Source of the DNA: Emiliania huxleyi CCMP1516
Lineage: Eukaryota
Reading direction: 5' to 3'
DNA length: 64,000 nt
NCBI RefSeq assembly: GCF_000372725.1
Contig: NW_005201732.1
Coordinates: 248,001 to 312,000 of the forward strand
Of this stretch, positions 38,530 to 49,725 are shown in pieces (position 1 is the first letter of the stretch; each line of letters starts with the position of its first letter). Made by a program: the position numbers and the translations under genes. The notes below the pieces were generated by a model. It was given only the letters and a program-made list of their open reading frames with translations, ran no database searches and was not told where the DNA came from.

Positions 38530-40204
38530 CGCGTAAGAGCAGCCTGCGGCGAGGTGGTCGTGATAACTCGAAACTTGTGGGACTGAGGACGCGGCGGAGC
38601 TCAGGAGGGATGCTCCAGGTGTTATTTTCAGTTAACCTGCCCCTGAGGTGCCCCTACCTACCTAGATCTACCTACCTACCTACCTACCCTACTTATGGGA
38701 AACTAAAAAAGAAATCATCGGACGGGTGAAGGTGGGGTACTACGCGTTGGTGTCCAGTCCGAGCCTGGCTGTTCTTCACCTTTCTACCTACCTACCTACT
38801 ACTATACCAACTAAAGTCATGGGTGGTGGTACTCTCCTGCAACCACAGTCCTTCCTGAGACATGACAGGCTGCCACTCTCAAGCCCTACAAGCACCAGAT
38901 CACCCACTTGGGGAGGGTTGATATCGTGATTTCGGTCGAATTTTTCTTTTTTTGAAAATTCGTGAAGAGAGGGAAAACCCCGACGGGAGGGCCCAGACCT
39001 ACCCTACCTACCCCGGCATGCTGGCCGCCCAAGCAAAAATAACATACACCTGCCGATATATACCTTCGGTCTTCGTTCTTTCTTTTTTTAGTTCTAGCGT
39101 GAAAAGAAAGACTTGCTCGAGCCCGTCCAGTACAGCTGTTCGCCAAGAGAACGACGCGACAGAGGAAGCGACGAGAGTGGGACGGCCGCGAGGTGGCACG
39201 AAGGTTGAAGCGAGAATCGGAGAGAGACTGCGAAGAGAGATAGGAAGAGGCAGACTCCCTAGGTGTACTACCTTGAGCTTGTCAAAGAGTACCATGAGGG
39301 CGAAGCAGAGGAGGTTGAGGCTCGGCTCGTTCTCGCCCGGGGGGAGGGACTTGGCGAGCGTGTCGAGGAGCCTAGTCGAGCTGCAGGTGGTGAGGGCTGT
39401 CTGCTTGGGGGGGGGGGGGGATCGTGCTGCAGCACTCACGTCGTGCGGTCGGCGCTCGGCTCGAGCCAGAAGCCGTTGTTGACGACCACCCCGTCGACCG
39501 GCCACGCGGCGGGGCAGCTCTGGTACGTGCGGCTGCCGTCGGGATCGGACCCCGGGGGCGGGCCCGCGCGCTCAAGGAGCTCAGTCGCCGTGAGGTCGCA
39601 GAGGGCCGGCACGCGCGCAAGTAGGATAGTCCTAGGGTGGGGACGACCGGGCATAGGACGACCGGATTAGCGGGGTGGGGGTGCGGGAGGGAGGGGGGGG
39701 GGGGGGGGGGGCCACATTTAGAACCCGTTGTTTTTGGACCCCCCTTTTTTTTTTACCCAAAAAGGGGGGCCCCACCCCCTTTTTTTTTCGGAGCCGGGCT
39801 CACGGTTCTAATCCCATTCAAACCCCCTAATAAAAGAAGGAGCGTTTGGCCCAACCCCTCCCCCCGTGGGGTGGGGGGTTCCCTTTTAGAGCTTTTTAAG
39901 GGTCTCCCCCCCCCCTTTCCTTCCCCCCCCTTCCCTTCCCCCCCCCCCCCCTTCTTTCCCCCCTCCCCCTTTTCCCTTTTTTCCCTCTTCTCAAGAATGT
40001 TTACGTTCGCGATCCCATTTCGTTTGCACCCCGAACTGATTTTGTTTAAAGTTAAGTTAGGTTCGTTTAAAGTTAGTTCCCTCCGGCATGTGCAACGAGT
40101 CGAGTTCGTCAAAAAGCGGGGGGGGGGGGGTGCGGCCAAAGAAATAAATTCTACGTCGGGGCCGTCCGTTCCGGGCTGTCTGTCTGCCAACCAAGAGCAT
40201 CGCG

Positions 40205-42290
40205 ATGAGGTTGCACAAGTGTCCGCTCTGTTCATTCACTCACACCTCGCTAAATATGATTGGCCAGCATAAAAGGTCGTGTACAGGCCAGACGGCCGGC
40301 AGCCTGGCCCGTCGTCAAGCATCCATGATGGGAATGCCGCCGTCATCGGATGCTGACGAGGAAGCTGCTGCGGCGTCTTTGTCTCCTGGCCCAGACTCGC
40401 TGCCGGGTGACGACGACACTCGTTCTCCACCAGGCAGTGGTGCAAGTGGCTGCAGCCACGACGCCACACCGATGGAGCAGGAGCCCTCGCCAGGTCAGGC
40501 TGTCGATGCGGCTGAAGCGGCGGCAGCTGCTGCTTCTGCCGAGAGCGCAAATGCGCGTGCGGCCACGCGTGAGCGGCAGCTAAGGCAGGTACTCAATGAT
40601 CCGAGGGCTCAGACGCCGAGAGTGATGTACAGTCTCGATGAATGGCATTGGATCCAGATGAGCAAGGACTCGCAGTGGAGCCGGAAGGATGCGGCTCGGC
40701 ATCTTACAAACGAGGCAGAGGTGCGACGAGCGGCTGGCCAGCCCTCTCTGCGGCTTTTTACGCAGGCAGACATCGACAGGCTGCTTGACGGCTACACTGC
40801 AGATCGTGGAATGGAGTTCTCTCCAACGGACGTGGTTTTTGCGGACGGCTCAAATCCTTTTCCGCGGATGGACGCCATCAAAGGCGCTGCAGGCACCGTC
40901 TGCTTGATTGCATATCAGCGATCCTCGTTGTCCGTGTTGCGGGACATGTTCACTGATCTGGCCTCTGACTCTGCAGAGCACCGGGAGGCGACGCCGTGCT
41001 TCCGCAATGGCGAACGTGTCTTTGGCGCGCCAATTACGGGCACCTGGCTCGAGGCCCAGCAGGCGCGCGTACGTGCGATCGATCCGAACGGCTACGTCTT
41101 TTCGTTTGACATATTTCACGACAAATCGGAAAAGTTCGGGCGCAGCTTTTACCCCGTCTACATTGTCAGCAACCACCTTTCCCTTGACGAGAAGCGCAAC
41201 CCAATCAACTGGCGCCTGCTTGCCCTCTGGCCGATTCTCCACTTTGACCAGTCGCCACCGCTCGGTGAGACGCAGAAGCGGCGGCAGCGGGCGAATTACA
41301 TCACAGCACTGCTCGACACCCTGCTGCGGACCGAGGAGCTCACCGACGCGATGCAGAACGGGATGGACATTGGCGACGCAAGAGTATGGCCGATTTTGCA
41401 GCTCTCTATCCTCGACCACCCGGAAAAGTGCCAAGATGCGAAGTGCAATCAGCTGCGGTGTGAGACTGCGGCACGTGCCCTCTCTAGATTTCCTCAAATT
41501 GATGGTGGTAGTGCCCTTCTAGGTGCGCCCGGTGCCGCGCGGCAAGTGGGGAGCTCTCGCACTACGAGGAGCCAGTGCTGATGCGTTGCACTGAGAGTCG
41601 AGCGCTTTTCAGATTCTACCCTGTATCAAGCCAGGGCGTAGTATTATCCTGCAATCGTGAACAGGCGAGGGAAGAATTTACCGCTTCACACGGCTTGCTG
41701 AGGCAGACTGGCGTCTAGCCGAACCAGGCGAGCGCGGCGAGAAGCGCGCCATCTTTGATGAGTGGCGACGAGTGCTCGCGGGGATCGGCTTGCACTACCG
41801 CGACAATACTAAATGGTGATGAATTTGCCACTCACCCAGCCCGGCGGCAGAGGTAAGTACGCTGAGCGCCTGTCGGCACACGCAGGCACCTCCCCGGCAG
41901 CCTAGCGTACCGATATGGGCTTCCGGTGCTCCACGTCGTCAAACAGGGCATCGGGAAGGATGCGGTGCGCAATGCGAATAGATGTAAACATCGCGCGCCA
42001 CCCATCTTTCCTTTCCAGGCAGTCGGATTTCTTCCCGGGGTTCGCGAAGTCTGTCGCACTCCTTCTCTGAGGGATCCGCCCGTCGCGTCCTCACACATGG
42101 TGGTCTCGGGCCGCTCAGATTCAGCTGACTCTGCGCGATCTCTACGAGTTCGTCGAACACCGCTCACCTGGCTCATGGGCGCGGCTGCTGGCGGCCTGGA
42201 ATGTGTGGGTGCGGACCAACCCGGGGAGCTTCCGCATTGTTCGCGGCCGAACCAAGAGGCAGGGCATCGAGGCTGTGTACGAGCCCAGCT
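40205..42290 (+). mobile_element. Plavaka-type (CACTA-related) transposase, N-terminal/catalytic part with C2H2-like finger; spliced and degenerate after ~41700
   Basis: CPLCSFTH...QHKRSC; NGERVFGAPITGTWLEAQQ...FDIFHDKS...FYPVYIV...LLALWP...WPILQLSILDHPEK...C..LR|CARC; later exon LPVLHVVKQG. Confidence 0.7.
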
Positions 42291-42614
42291 CACCAGCCAG
42301 CTCACCAGCTCGCCGCCGCGGCCAGGGCGCCTCCTGCGCCGCCCCGCGGCCCGCTCCGCGCGGTTCGGCCGCGGCCGAGGCCACGGCGGCCCTCCCCCAC
42401 CACCCGCCCACTCGACCGACCGACGAGCCTCACCCGCGAGCGCTCCCACCGCTCCACCACCCTCGCACGAACTTCGGACGGCGGCGGCGGCGGGCGTGAG
42501 TGACGGTGACACTCCGGTGCACCCTTCTGCGCGTGCCGCCTCGTCTCTCGCGCCCGATCCCTTGGCGTGCGCGCGTCGCCGCCACACCTCCGCCACGATT
42601 GGCTAGTGCCACTA

Positions 42615-43525
42615 CTAGTGACGCCGAAATCGGCGAGTGTCCTTGAACGACCTCTCCGATTCCGTCGGCGACGACGGCGGCGCCTGCTCTCGTAACTCAG
42701 CCAGCTCGCGTTCCCCCCTGTCACGATTCGCTTCGCCGCCGAGGTCGGACAACTGTGCGAGGTCTACAATCTCCGGACCCATCTCGTTCGACTGTGAGGT
42801 TTTTTTGCTCTTGCTCTGGCTCTCGCTCTTGCGCATTACTTCTCTCTGCGAGACCGCAGTGTTCTTGCACGCAGCCTTTGCCTTGCGAGCCGCCTCCGCA
42901 GGCACTGGTGCCTTGGCCGACGTTGGTGGCGTTGGCTTGGCGGGCTTTGGCGCCGCTGATGCCGTTTGCTTGGCGGACTTTGGCACCGTGGGCGCCACGG
43001 GCTTTGGCGCCGCTGATGGCGTCGGCTTGGGGTTAGGATCACTCGAACTGCTGGCACCGCCCGAGGTCTGCGCGGCGGGGTGCGCGCCGCCGCGCCGCAC
43101 AATCACAGGAGCCGTACCATTACGCTTCGGTGCCGCCTCGGCCTCCTCACCCGCCTTCCGCTTCGCAGGCACTGGTGCCTTGGCCGCCGTTGGTGGCGTT
43201 GGCTTGGCGGGCTTTGGCGCCGCTGATGACGTTTGCTTGGCGGACTTTGGCACCGTGGGCGCCACGGGCTTTGGCGCCGCTGATGGCGTCGGCTTGGCGG
43301 ACTTTGGCACCGTGGGCGCCACGGGCTTTGGCGCCGCTGATGGCGTCGGCTTGGGGTTGGGGTCACTCGAACTGCTGGCACCGCCCGAGGTCTGCGCGGC
43401 GGGGTGTGCGCCGCCGCGCCGCACATTCACAGGAGCCGTATCTTTACGCTTCTGTCCCGCCTTGGCCTCCTCACCCGCCTTCCGCTTCGCAGGCTCTGGT
43501 GCCTTGGCCGTCGTTGGTGGCGTTG
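42615..43525 (-). CDS. Lys/Ala/Pro-rich repetitive ORF (internal tandem duplications), truncated by assembly gap
   Basis: Repeated KPTPSAAPKPVAPTVPKSA and VRRGGAHPAAQTSGGASSSSDPNP blocks. Linkage to 44364-44831 across the N-gap is unverified. Confidence 0.45.
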
Positions 43526-44363
43526 NNNNNNNNNNNNNNNNNNNNNNNNNNNNNNNNNNNNNNNNNNNNNNNNNNNNNNNNNNNNNNNNNNNNNNNNNNN
43601 NNNNNNNNNNNNNNNNNNNNNNNNNNNNNNNNNNNNNNNNNNNNNNNNNNNNNNNNNNNNNNNNNNNNNNNNNNNNNNNNNNNNNNNNNNNNNNNNNNNN
43701 NNNNNNNNNNNNNNNNNNNNNNNNNNNNNNNNNNNNNNNNNNNNNNNNNNNNNNNNNNNNNNNNNNNNNNNNNNNNNNNNNNNNNNNNNNNNNNNNNNNN
43801 NNNNNNNNNNNNNNNNNNNNNNNNNNNNNNNNNNNNNNNNNNNNNNNNNNNNNNNNNNNNNNNNNNNNNNNNNNNNNNNNNNNNNNNNNNNNNNNNNNNN
43901 NNNNNNNNNNNNNNNNNNNNNNNNNNNNNNNNNNNNNNNNNNNNNNNNNNNNNNNNNNNNNNNNNNNNNNNNNNNNNNNNNNNNNNNNNNNNNNNNNNNN
44001 NNNNNNNNNNNNNNNNNNNNNNNNNNNNNNNNNNNNNNNNNNNNNNNNNNNNNNNNNNNNNNNNNNNNNNNNNNNNNNNNNNNNNNNNNNNNNNNNNNNN
44101 NNNNNNNNNNNNNNNNNNNNNNNNNNNNNNNNNNNNNNNNNNNNNNNNNNNNNNNNNNNNNNNNNNNNNNNNNNNNNNNNNNNNNNNNNNNNNNNNNNNN
44201 NNNNNNNNNNNNNNNNNNNNNNNNNNNNNNNNNNNNNNNNNNNNNNNNNNNNNNNNNNNNNNNNNNNNNNNNNNNNNNNNNNNNNNNNNNNNNNNNNNNN
44301 NNNNNNNNNNNNNNNNNNNNNNNNNNNNNNNNNNNNNNNNNNNNNNNNNNNNNNNNNNNNNNN
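43526..44363. other. Assembly gap
   Basis: Run of N. Confidence 1.
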
Positions 44364-44831
44364 GCAATTTAGCGCTGGAGGCGAGGGTGGAGGCGGCGTG
44401 GGCGGTGGCGAGGGCGGTGGTGTGGACGTGGTCGAGGGTGGAGTCGGTGTGGGTGCCGTCGCGTAGATAGCTGCCTCTGCTTGGCGAGCCGCCAACTCTG
44501 CCTGGCGAGCTGCCGCCGTCAGCCTCTCAAACGGTATCTCAGTCTCATTGTGTTTGTGGCTTAATACAGTTGCTATTAAACCAATGCCGTCATACGCAGC
44601 CGTCTTCATTTTCCCCAACCAATCGCCTGGATTTTTCCACACTAGCGCAATCGCAACACCAGCGACTAGAAGAAGAATGAGTTTGCCCGCTACATCCCAG
44701 ACCCACCATCTAGATGGTTGCTCCTTTGGAGGGGGAGAAGGCGCGGCCACTTGGTTAGATGCGCACATGTCTACATCGTAGACAGCGCACAAGTTGTTAG
44801 CCAGTGGGTCTACATTGTGCGCCTCAAACAT
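44364..44831 (-). CDS. Orphan membrane protein, low GC, runs into gap
   Basis: ATG at 44831; TM segment WWVWDVAGKLILLLVAGVAIALVW followed by a Pro/Thr-rich stalk. Confidence 0.5.
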
Positions 44832-44903
44832 CCTCAATTCCTTTTAATGTGAGCAAAAAAAATCATGTGTGGCCATGTGTGTATACCTATTCTTGCATTG
44901 AGG

Positions 44904-46232
44904 CTACGCTCGTGCACCCTCTGTCACTATTTCGAGTAGCGTCGCCACCGTATCCTTTTGCTCTTTCCACTCCTTCTTCCCTTCAGTAGCTGTTACTGTA
45001 CGAAATGGAGGGTCGTATTGAAACTCTCGCTCCATAGCCTTCTCAACGTCGTCTACAAATCCAGAATATGGCAGGAAAGCCACATCCGTGTGTGCCTCGG
45101 CGGCTTCCTCGAGGTAAACAAACAGACTTGTAAATAGATCGATTTCAATTAGGAACTTGCCCAGACATTTTGCAGTGTTTCGTTTGTTTTTCAACGCGGA
45201 GAATTCGTCAAACAACTTTCTTAGATTGCTGCCTGCCGCAGGCTTGGGAGAAGCACCGTCATACACCTTGACGTCTATCGTATCCGCTTGGCGTCGGGGC
45301 GAGATTTCTCCCTTTTCAGGCTTTATCAGAAAATTATTGCGCCACACTTGAGCAAGCGCGTGACTCACGCCATCCTCCTCTAGGTCCTCTATTCCAAAAC
45401 GATCTGCGGACAGACAGGGACCCAATCTGTAGGAGTGGGCTTTGTGTAGTGGGTAGGTAAACCGCAAGCGAGGATCCAGATACATTTCCTCTTTATTCTT
45501 GAATTGTTGGTTTAGTCTTGCCGTCTTCCTCTCAATCTGCTCATTCATAGCAGGTAGAATGCTCTGAGGGGCATAGCGCCTTTTCGCCCTAAGTTGGACA
45601 AGTTCCGCCAGCAGCAGCTTTCGTTCATTATTTTTTTCCACCTTCTTTGCGTTTAGTTTCAGGAAGTGCTCGTTAGCGCCTTTGACAGGCCTGCCCGTAC
45701 GAGCCGCTGGCCTATCAGCTGTGGCGTCTGCATTCGGAAGACCAGATCTCTTGTTGTCGTCTCTCGGCTTCCGCCTCATGCACTGATTCAACTCGACATA
45801 GCCTAGCAGGTATCGGATACTAGCCACGCGGAGCAGGTCCTCGCGGAGGTCCGAGACGAGCGACCGTGGAGGATTGCCACCAGCATCACTCAATCGCTTG
45901 TACTGTGACGCGTCCTGCAGCAATGCAAGCGTCGCGCTCTTGAGGGAGTCGAGAAGACTAGCGATACGCTCCCTGTCGATGCTGGATGCTTGGATATCAC
46001 AACCACCCGCATTCGCTGCTCCCAATGATGTTCTTAGCACCGAGTCCTTGAGGGGAGATGCCATCTTACGCATGAGCGTCTCGTCGAAGAGCACGCTCAA
46101 CGGATGCCCCTCTGGCAGCACGTGTTCTTCTTTGCTCAACAACTTGGGCAAATACCTCTCTGGCGTCTTCTGACGTACAGCATCTATTGCTTTGTGTCGC
46201 TTGCTTGACTGAGGAGTCGGAATGAGACTCAT
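44904..46232 (-). CDS. Orphan 442-aa basic protein, intronless, markedly lower GC than host genes
   Basis: Long uninterrupted ORF in AT-richer DNA, where chance ORFs of this length are unlikely; no family recognised. Confidence 0.65.
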   Translation of the reverse strand: MSLIPTPQSSKRHKAIDAVRQKTPERYLPKLLSKEEHVLPEGHPLSVLFDETLMRKMASPLKDSVLRTSLGAANAGGCDIQASSIDRERIASLLDSLKSATLALLQDASQYKRLSDAGGNPPRSLVSDLREDLLRVASIRYLLGYVELNQCMRRKPRDDNKRSGLPNADATADRPAARTGRPVKGANEHFLKLNAKKVEKNNERKLLLAELVQLRAKRRYAPQSILPAMNEQIERKTARLNQQFKNKEEMYLDPRLRFTYPLHKAHSYRLGPCLSADRFGIEDLEEDGVSHALAQVWRNNFLIKPEKGEISPRRQADTIDVKVYDGASPKPAAGSNLRKLFDEFSALKNKRNTAKCLGKFLIEIDLFTSLFVYLEEAAEAHTDVAFLPYSGFVDDVEKAMEREFQYDPPFRTVTATEGKKEWKEQKDTVATLLEIVTEGARA

Positions 46233-46440
46233 TTATTCATAGGTAGGAAAAAAGTCATGTGTGCTCATGTGTGAATTCAGAATGCTCTCGCGATGTGTGA
46301 ATTCAGAATGCTCTCGCGATGTCCGTGTCGTCGAGAGCGGACGCGCTAGCCGCGCCACACCCTGAGGCTCGCCGGCCCCGAGGCCTCGAGGCACTGGCAC
46401 TGAGGCTCGCCCGCCCCGAGGCCCATGGGTCCAATATAAG

Positions 46441-46655
46441 CAAAATTCAGAAATTCAGTTTTTTTGGGAGAAATTCTTCAGAAAATCTTGGCCCCTCGGG
46501 GACCCTGCCCTGGGACCCAAAAAATTATATTTCAAATTTTTCCCAAAAAAACTGAATTTCTGAATTCTTGCGTTTATATTGGCACCTGCGACCAGACCCT
46601 ACAAAAAATATTCCAACAATTTCCCCCAAAAAACTGAATTTCTGAATTCTTGTGA
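46441..46655. repeat. AT-rich inverted/direct repeat set
   Basis: AAATTCAGAAATTCAGTTTTTTTGGGAGAAATT (46443-) is inverted relative to two copies of AATTT(T)CCC(C)AAAAAA(A)CTGAATTTCTGAATTCTTG (~46535, ~46618). Confidence 0.85.
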
Positions 46656-47554
46656 CCCGGACCCTCCTTCAAATCATATATTCCTCCTCTCTCCTCCCTC
46701 CCGCCTCTGCCCCGGCCGCCTCTCTCCTCCCTGCCTTCTCTCTCCTCTCAGCCTTCTTCTCTCTCCCCTGGCCGCCTCTCGCCCTCGCCCGCCTCCCGCG
46801 CCGCGACCGCCCTCACGACTGACGCCCTCACCGCCGCTCTCCCAGGCGGCTGTGCAAGTGCTCGGTGCCTGAGCTGTAGAGGCCGCATACAGACTCGCCT
46901 CATGACTTCGTTCATGTTTAAAGCATAGCTCCAGCAGAATAGTTTGTTTGAAACTCATCAAGACTTGGAGCAACTAGCGGCGAGCGCTCGGATGGGTCGG
47001 GACGTGCCTATGCAGGGCACGGAGAGAGACCCAGTCAGAGAGAGAGAGAGAGAGAGAGGAGAGAGTCACTTGGAGCATTTGGAGTGCTTTCGCGCAAATT
47101 CTTTCTAGAGAAAAGCGAAACGGATGGATGCCGCCCGCACATATGGCGGCTGGGTGACGCGAGCGGTACCATATGGTGGGGTGGTCTGACACCGGAGGCC
47201 GCCGCGCGGCCGGCTGCCGCCTCCAGCCGCCTCAGAGCGGTCATCGATGACGTGAGGCCGCGCCTTGCGAGAACAGTCCAGTCAGTCGACACCGCTTCAA
47301 GACTTGCAAACTTAGAGGTTTGAGTCCTCCCACCCCCTCCTCCACCGCCGCCGCCTCCACCTTCTTCCCACCCCCTCCTCCACCGCCCTCGCCACCTCCG
47401 CGCCCATACCCGGCCGAGCACGCGCGCCGCCGCCGCCTCCATCTCTCCCAACCCTGTCCTCCACCACGCCACCTCGCCTCACCACTCTTCCTTACCCACT
47501 CCGTCGCCCTTGCCCCCCCCCCCCCCCCCCCCCTCCCCCCACAGGACAGAAAGA

Positions 47555-47845
47555 ATGACACCCGCGGAGGTGGTCGCACAGTCCGCTCGTTGCGTAAACG
47601 AGAAGCTTCGAGGTGGACGCAGCGTTGAATCGTATCGCAACGCCATGACCATCCAGTTACAGCGAGAACTTGGCGCTAACCTCCAGGTAAAGCCGAGAAT
47701 TGATGTTCTGTATGATGGACATGTACTACGATGTGTATTACCGGACTTTGTCATCACTGGACCACGCGGCTTCATTCTTCAGATCAGTGTACCTCCTGCC
47801 TATGTCTATCCGGGTGTCTGTGACAAGTCGGACGCTATTGATTGT
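47555..47845 (+). CDS. GxxExxY-family PD-(D/E)XK nuclease-like domain
   Basis: SARCVNEKLRGGRSVESYRNAMTIQL...VKPRIDVLYDGHVLRCVLPDFVI...FILQI resembles the GxxExxY family layout; motif is degenerate. Confidence 0.55.
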
Positions 47846-49725
47846 GCGCATCGATTGCCGACGCGCTGCAGCAGCAGCAGGGCGCGCTGCAGCGGCTGCT
47901 GCCGTCGGACGAGCTGCCCTCGCTCTCGCCCGACAGCGAGATTCACGACCGCGGACTCCTCGTGGACGCGGACTTTGCTCGAGCGGCCGGCGTGACGCAC
48001 GACCCGAGCGAGCCGCTATCCGTAGTCATCAGCTCGCTCGGCCCGGCGCAGCCACCCACCTTGCGCGACCCGCCTGGCATGCAGCTCGGCTCCGCCTACG
48101 GGCAGAGCCGTGCCGGCGCTGCCGCTCTCGCTGACGCTTCGACCTCCTTATCCCTCTCCGCCATTCCCGCTCCCGCTCTCTCCTGCTCCACGCCTGCCTC
48201 GGCGACGCCCTCGCCCCCCGGCTTCGCCGCATCCCCGTCCGCTGCCGAGCAGCCGATCGCCGAGTCCGCCGGTTTCCCCGTCATCCTCCGTCCTGCTTCG
48301 GAGCCGTCGCTGGGCGGACCGTCGGGGACGCAGCTGCAGCACACGACGCCCGGCCAGGAGGTCTTCTCTCTCGCAGCCCGCTTTCCCACCCTCGTCGTCA
48401 ACTACGTCGGCGCTAGAGAGCGACGCGAGGAGTTCTGCGCCGCGATCCTCGAGGCCAAGGAGATGGCGCGCGGCCACGGCTCGGCGCCAGCGTGGCGGAG
48501 CGATTTGGTTCCAACAGCGGGGGCAGACGCGTCCGAGGAGGAGAAGAAGCGCGCGGTGAAGGATAAGAATGCCTTCAACAGCAAGGTGTCCGCCTTCAAG
48601 CTGCTGCTCGACGCGATTGTCCTCGACTCGGGCGCGCTGAAGCCAGGCGGCGTCGACTACCCGTCCATCACCCGCTGCATCCGCCTCCTCTCCGGCACGA
48701 CGGGCGCAAAGAAGTGGGGGGAGGAGGTGCGCAAAAGCTACGAGAACGGCGCGGACGGGTACGGCGAGAAGTCCGCTGCGCGCGCTGCATATGAGGGTGT
48801 GCGGGGAGGGTCCGAGGAGGAGAGGCTCGCTGCGGCTCGCTCCTTCCGCGATGCGGTGCTGGATGCGCTCCGTGAGGAGCCGTCGCTGTCGTCCTTCGCA
48901 GACGCGGGCGGCGCGCCGGGCGCCGCGTCTTCATCGCTGACGCCGCTCAAGCGTGGGCGAGATGAGTCGGTGCTGGCGCGGTTCCTCGCCGTTGATCCCG
49001 GCGCGAGCGAGCGCTCCGCCACGGGAGTGGCTGACTTCACCTTCGCCGACGGCCTCTGCTCCTCCATCCGCGCCACCTCCTTCATGCCGCGCGGGACGCA
49101 CGTCCAGAAGAAGAAGCGGGTGGCGACGGAGATCTCTGCACTGCTCGACGCCGTCAAGCCGGTCTGCGTCTTTCTGGAGGAGTGCTATCCCCCCGTGGGT
49201 GGGTATAAGTACAAGCTGATGGAGCTGAACCACGCGCTTCGCTTTGCCGTCGTGGAGGCGTGCGAGGAGAGGGACGTGCCGTGCTACATGGTGCACTACC
49301 CCCACTGGCCCACCGCCCCCCAACCCTCCGTCTCACTCTCGTCACAGTCACCCCACCCCTCCCCCCGCCAGGTGAACGCGTCGACGTGGCTTTCGCACAT
49401 CGGCGTGAGCTACCCCAGTGGTGCTAAAGACGAGGCCAAGAAGAAGTTGGTACTTGTCGGCGCGGAGCCGAAGGGGGGAGGGGAGAGGGGGGGGCTGCTA
49501 TCGGCACTCGGCCTGCGGCACGACTCCATCCCGTTCGACATGAAGCGACACGATGCAGCCGACGCCGTCGCGATCGGGCTGGCCGGGCTGGCTGGCAAGC
49601 GAGACGGCTACAAGAAGGAGAAGCACGTCGTCACGATCAAGCCCCGCCTGCCTGAGGGCAGCTCTGAGCCGCCGCGTCTCGGCTCCCCCTCACAACTCGA
49701 ATTTGTCGAGCTCTCACAGCTCTAG
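47842..49725 (+). CDS. Protein with C-terminal RuvC-type Holliday junction resolvase domain (intron ~49291-49370)
   Basis: RFLAVDPG...TGVA (D), VFLEE (E), VNASTW, KKKLV, HDAADAVAIG (D..D): all four RuvC catalytic acidic positions are present. Confidence 0.75.
   Translation: MCASIADALQQQQGALQRLLPSDELPSLSPDSEIHDRGLLVDADFARAAGVTHDPSEPLSVVISSLGPAQPPTLRDPPGMQLGSAYGQSRAGAAALADASTSLSLSAIPAPALSCSTPASATPSPPGFAASPSAAEQPIAESAGFPVILRPASEPSLGGPSGTQLQHTTPGQEVFSLAARFPTLVVNYVGARERREEFCAAILEAKEMARGHGSAPAWRSDLVPTAGADASEEEKKRAVKDKNAFNSKVSAFKLLLDAIVLDSGALKPGGVDYPSITRCIRLLSGTTGAKKWGEEVRKSYENGADGYGEKSAARAAYEGVRGGSEEERLAAARSFRDAVLDALREEPSLSSFADAGGAPGAASSSLTPLKRGRDESVLARFLAVDPGASERSATGVADFTFADGLCSSIRATSFMPRGTHVQKKKRVATEISALLDAVKPVCVFLEECYPPVGGYKYKLMELNHALRFAVVEACEERDVPCYMVHYPHWPTAPQPSVSLSSQSPHPSPRQVNASTWLSHIGVSYPSGAKDEAKKKLVLVGAEPKGGGERGGLLSALGLRHDSIPFDMKRHDAADAVAIGLAGLAGKRDGYKKEKHVVTIKPRLPEGSSEPPRLGSPSQLEFVELSQL

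Noticed and set aside
39660..39990. Homopolymer-rich segment with ORF 39637-40272
   Set aside because: Looks like low-quality read-end sequence; no credible coding signal.
42604..42620. TAGTG/CACTA motifs as CACTA transposon termini
   Set aside because: Only 5-bp matches; no partner terminus or TSD identified.
42637..44470. ORFs spanning the N-gap
   Set aside because: Their length and frame continuity are artefacts of N translation.
47842..49725. Fanzor/TnpB RNA-guided nuclease
   Set aside because: The RuvC is compact with a DAAD-type end, has no CxxC zinc ribbon and lacks the RDxNAA-type RuvC-III motif. It fits a Holliday junction resolvase.
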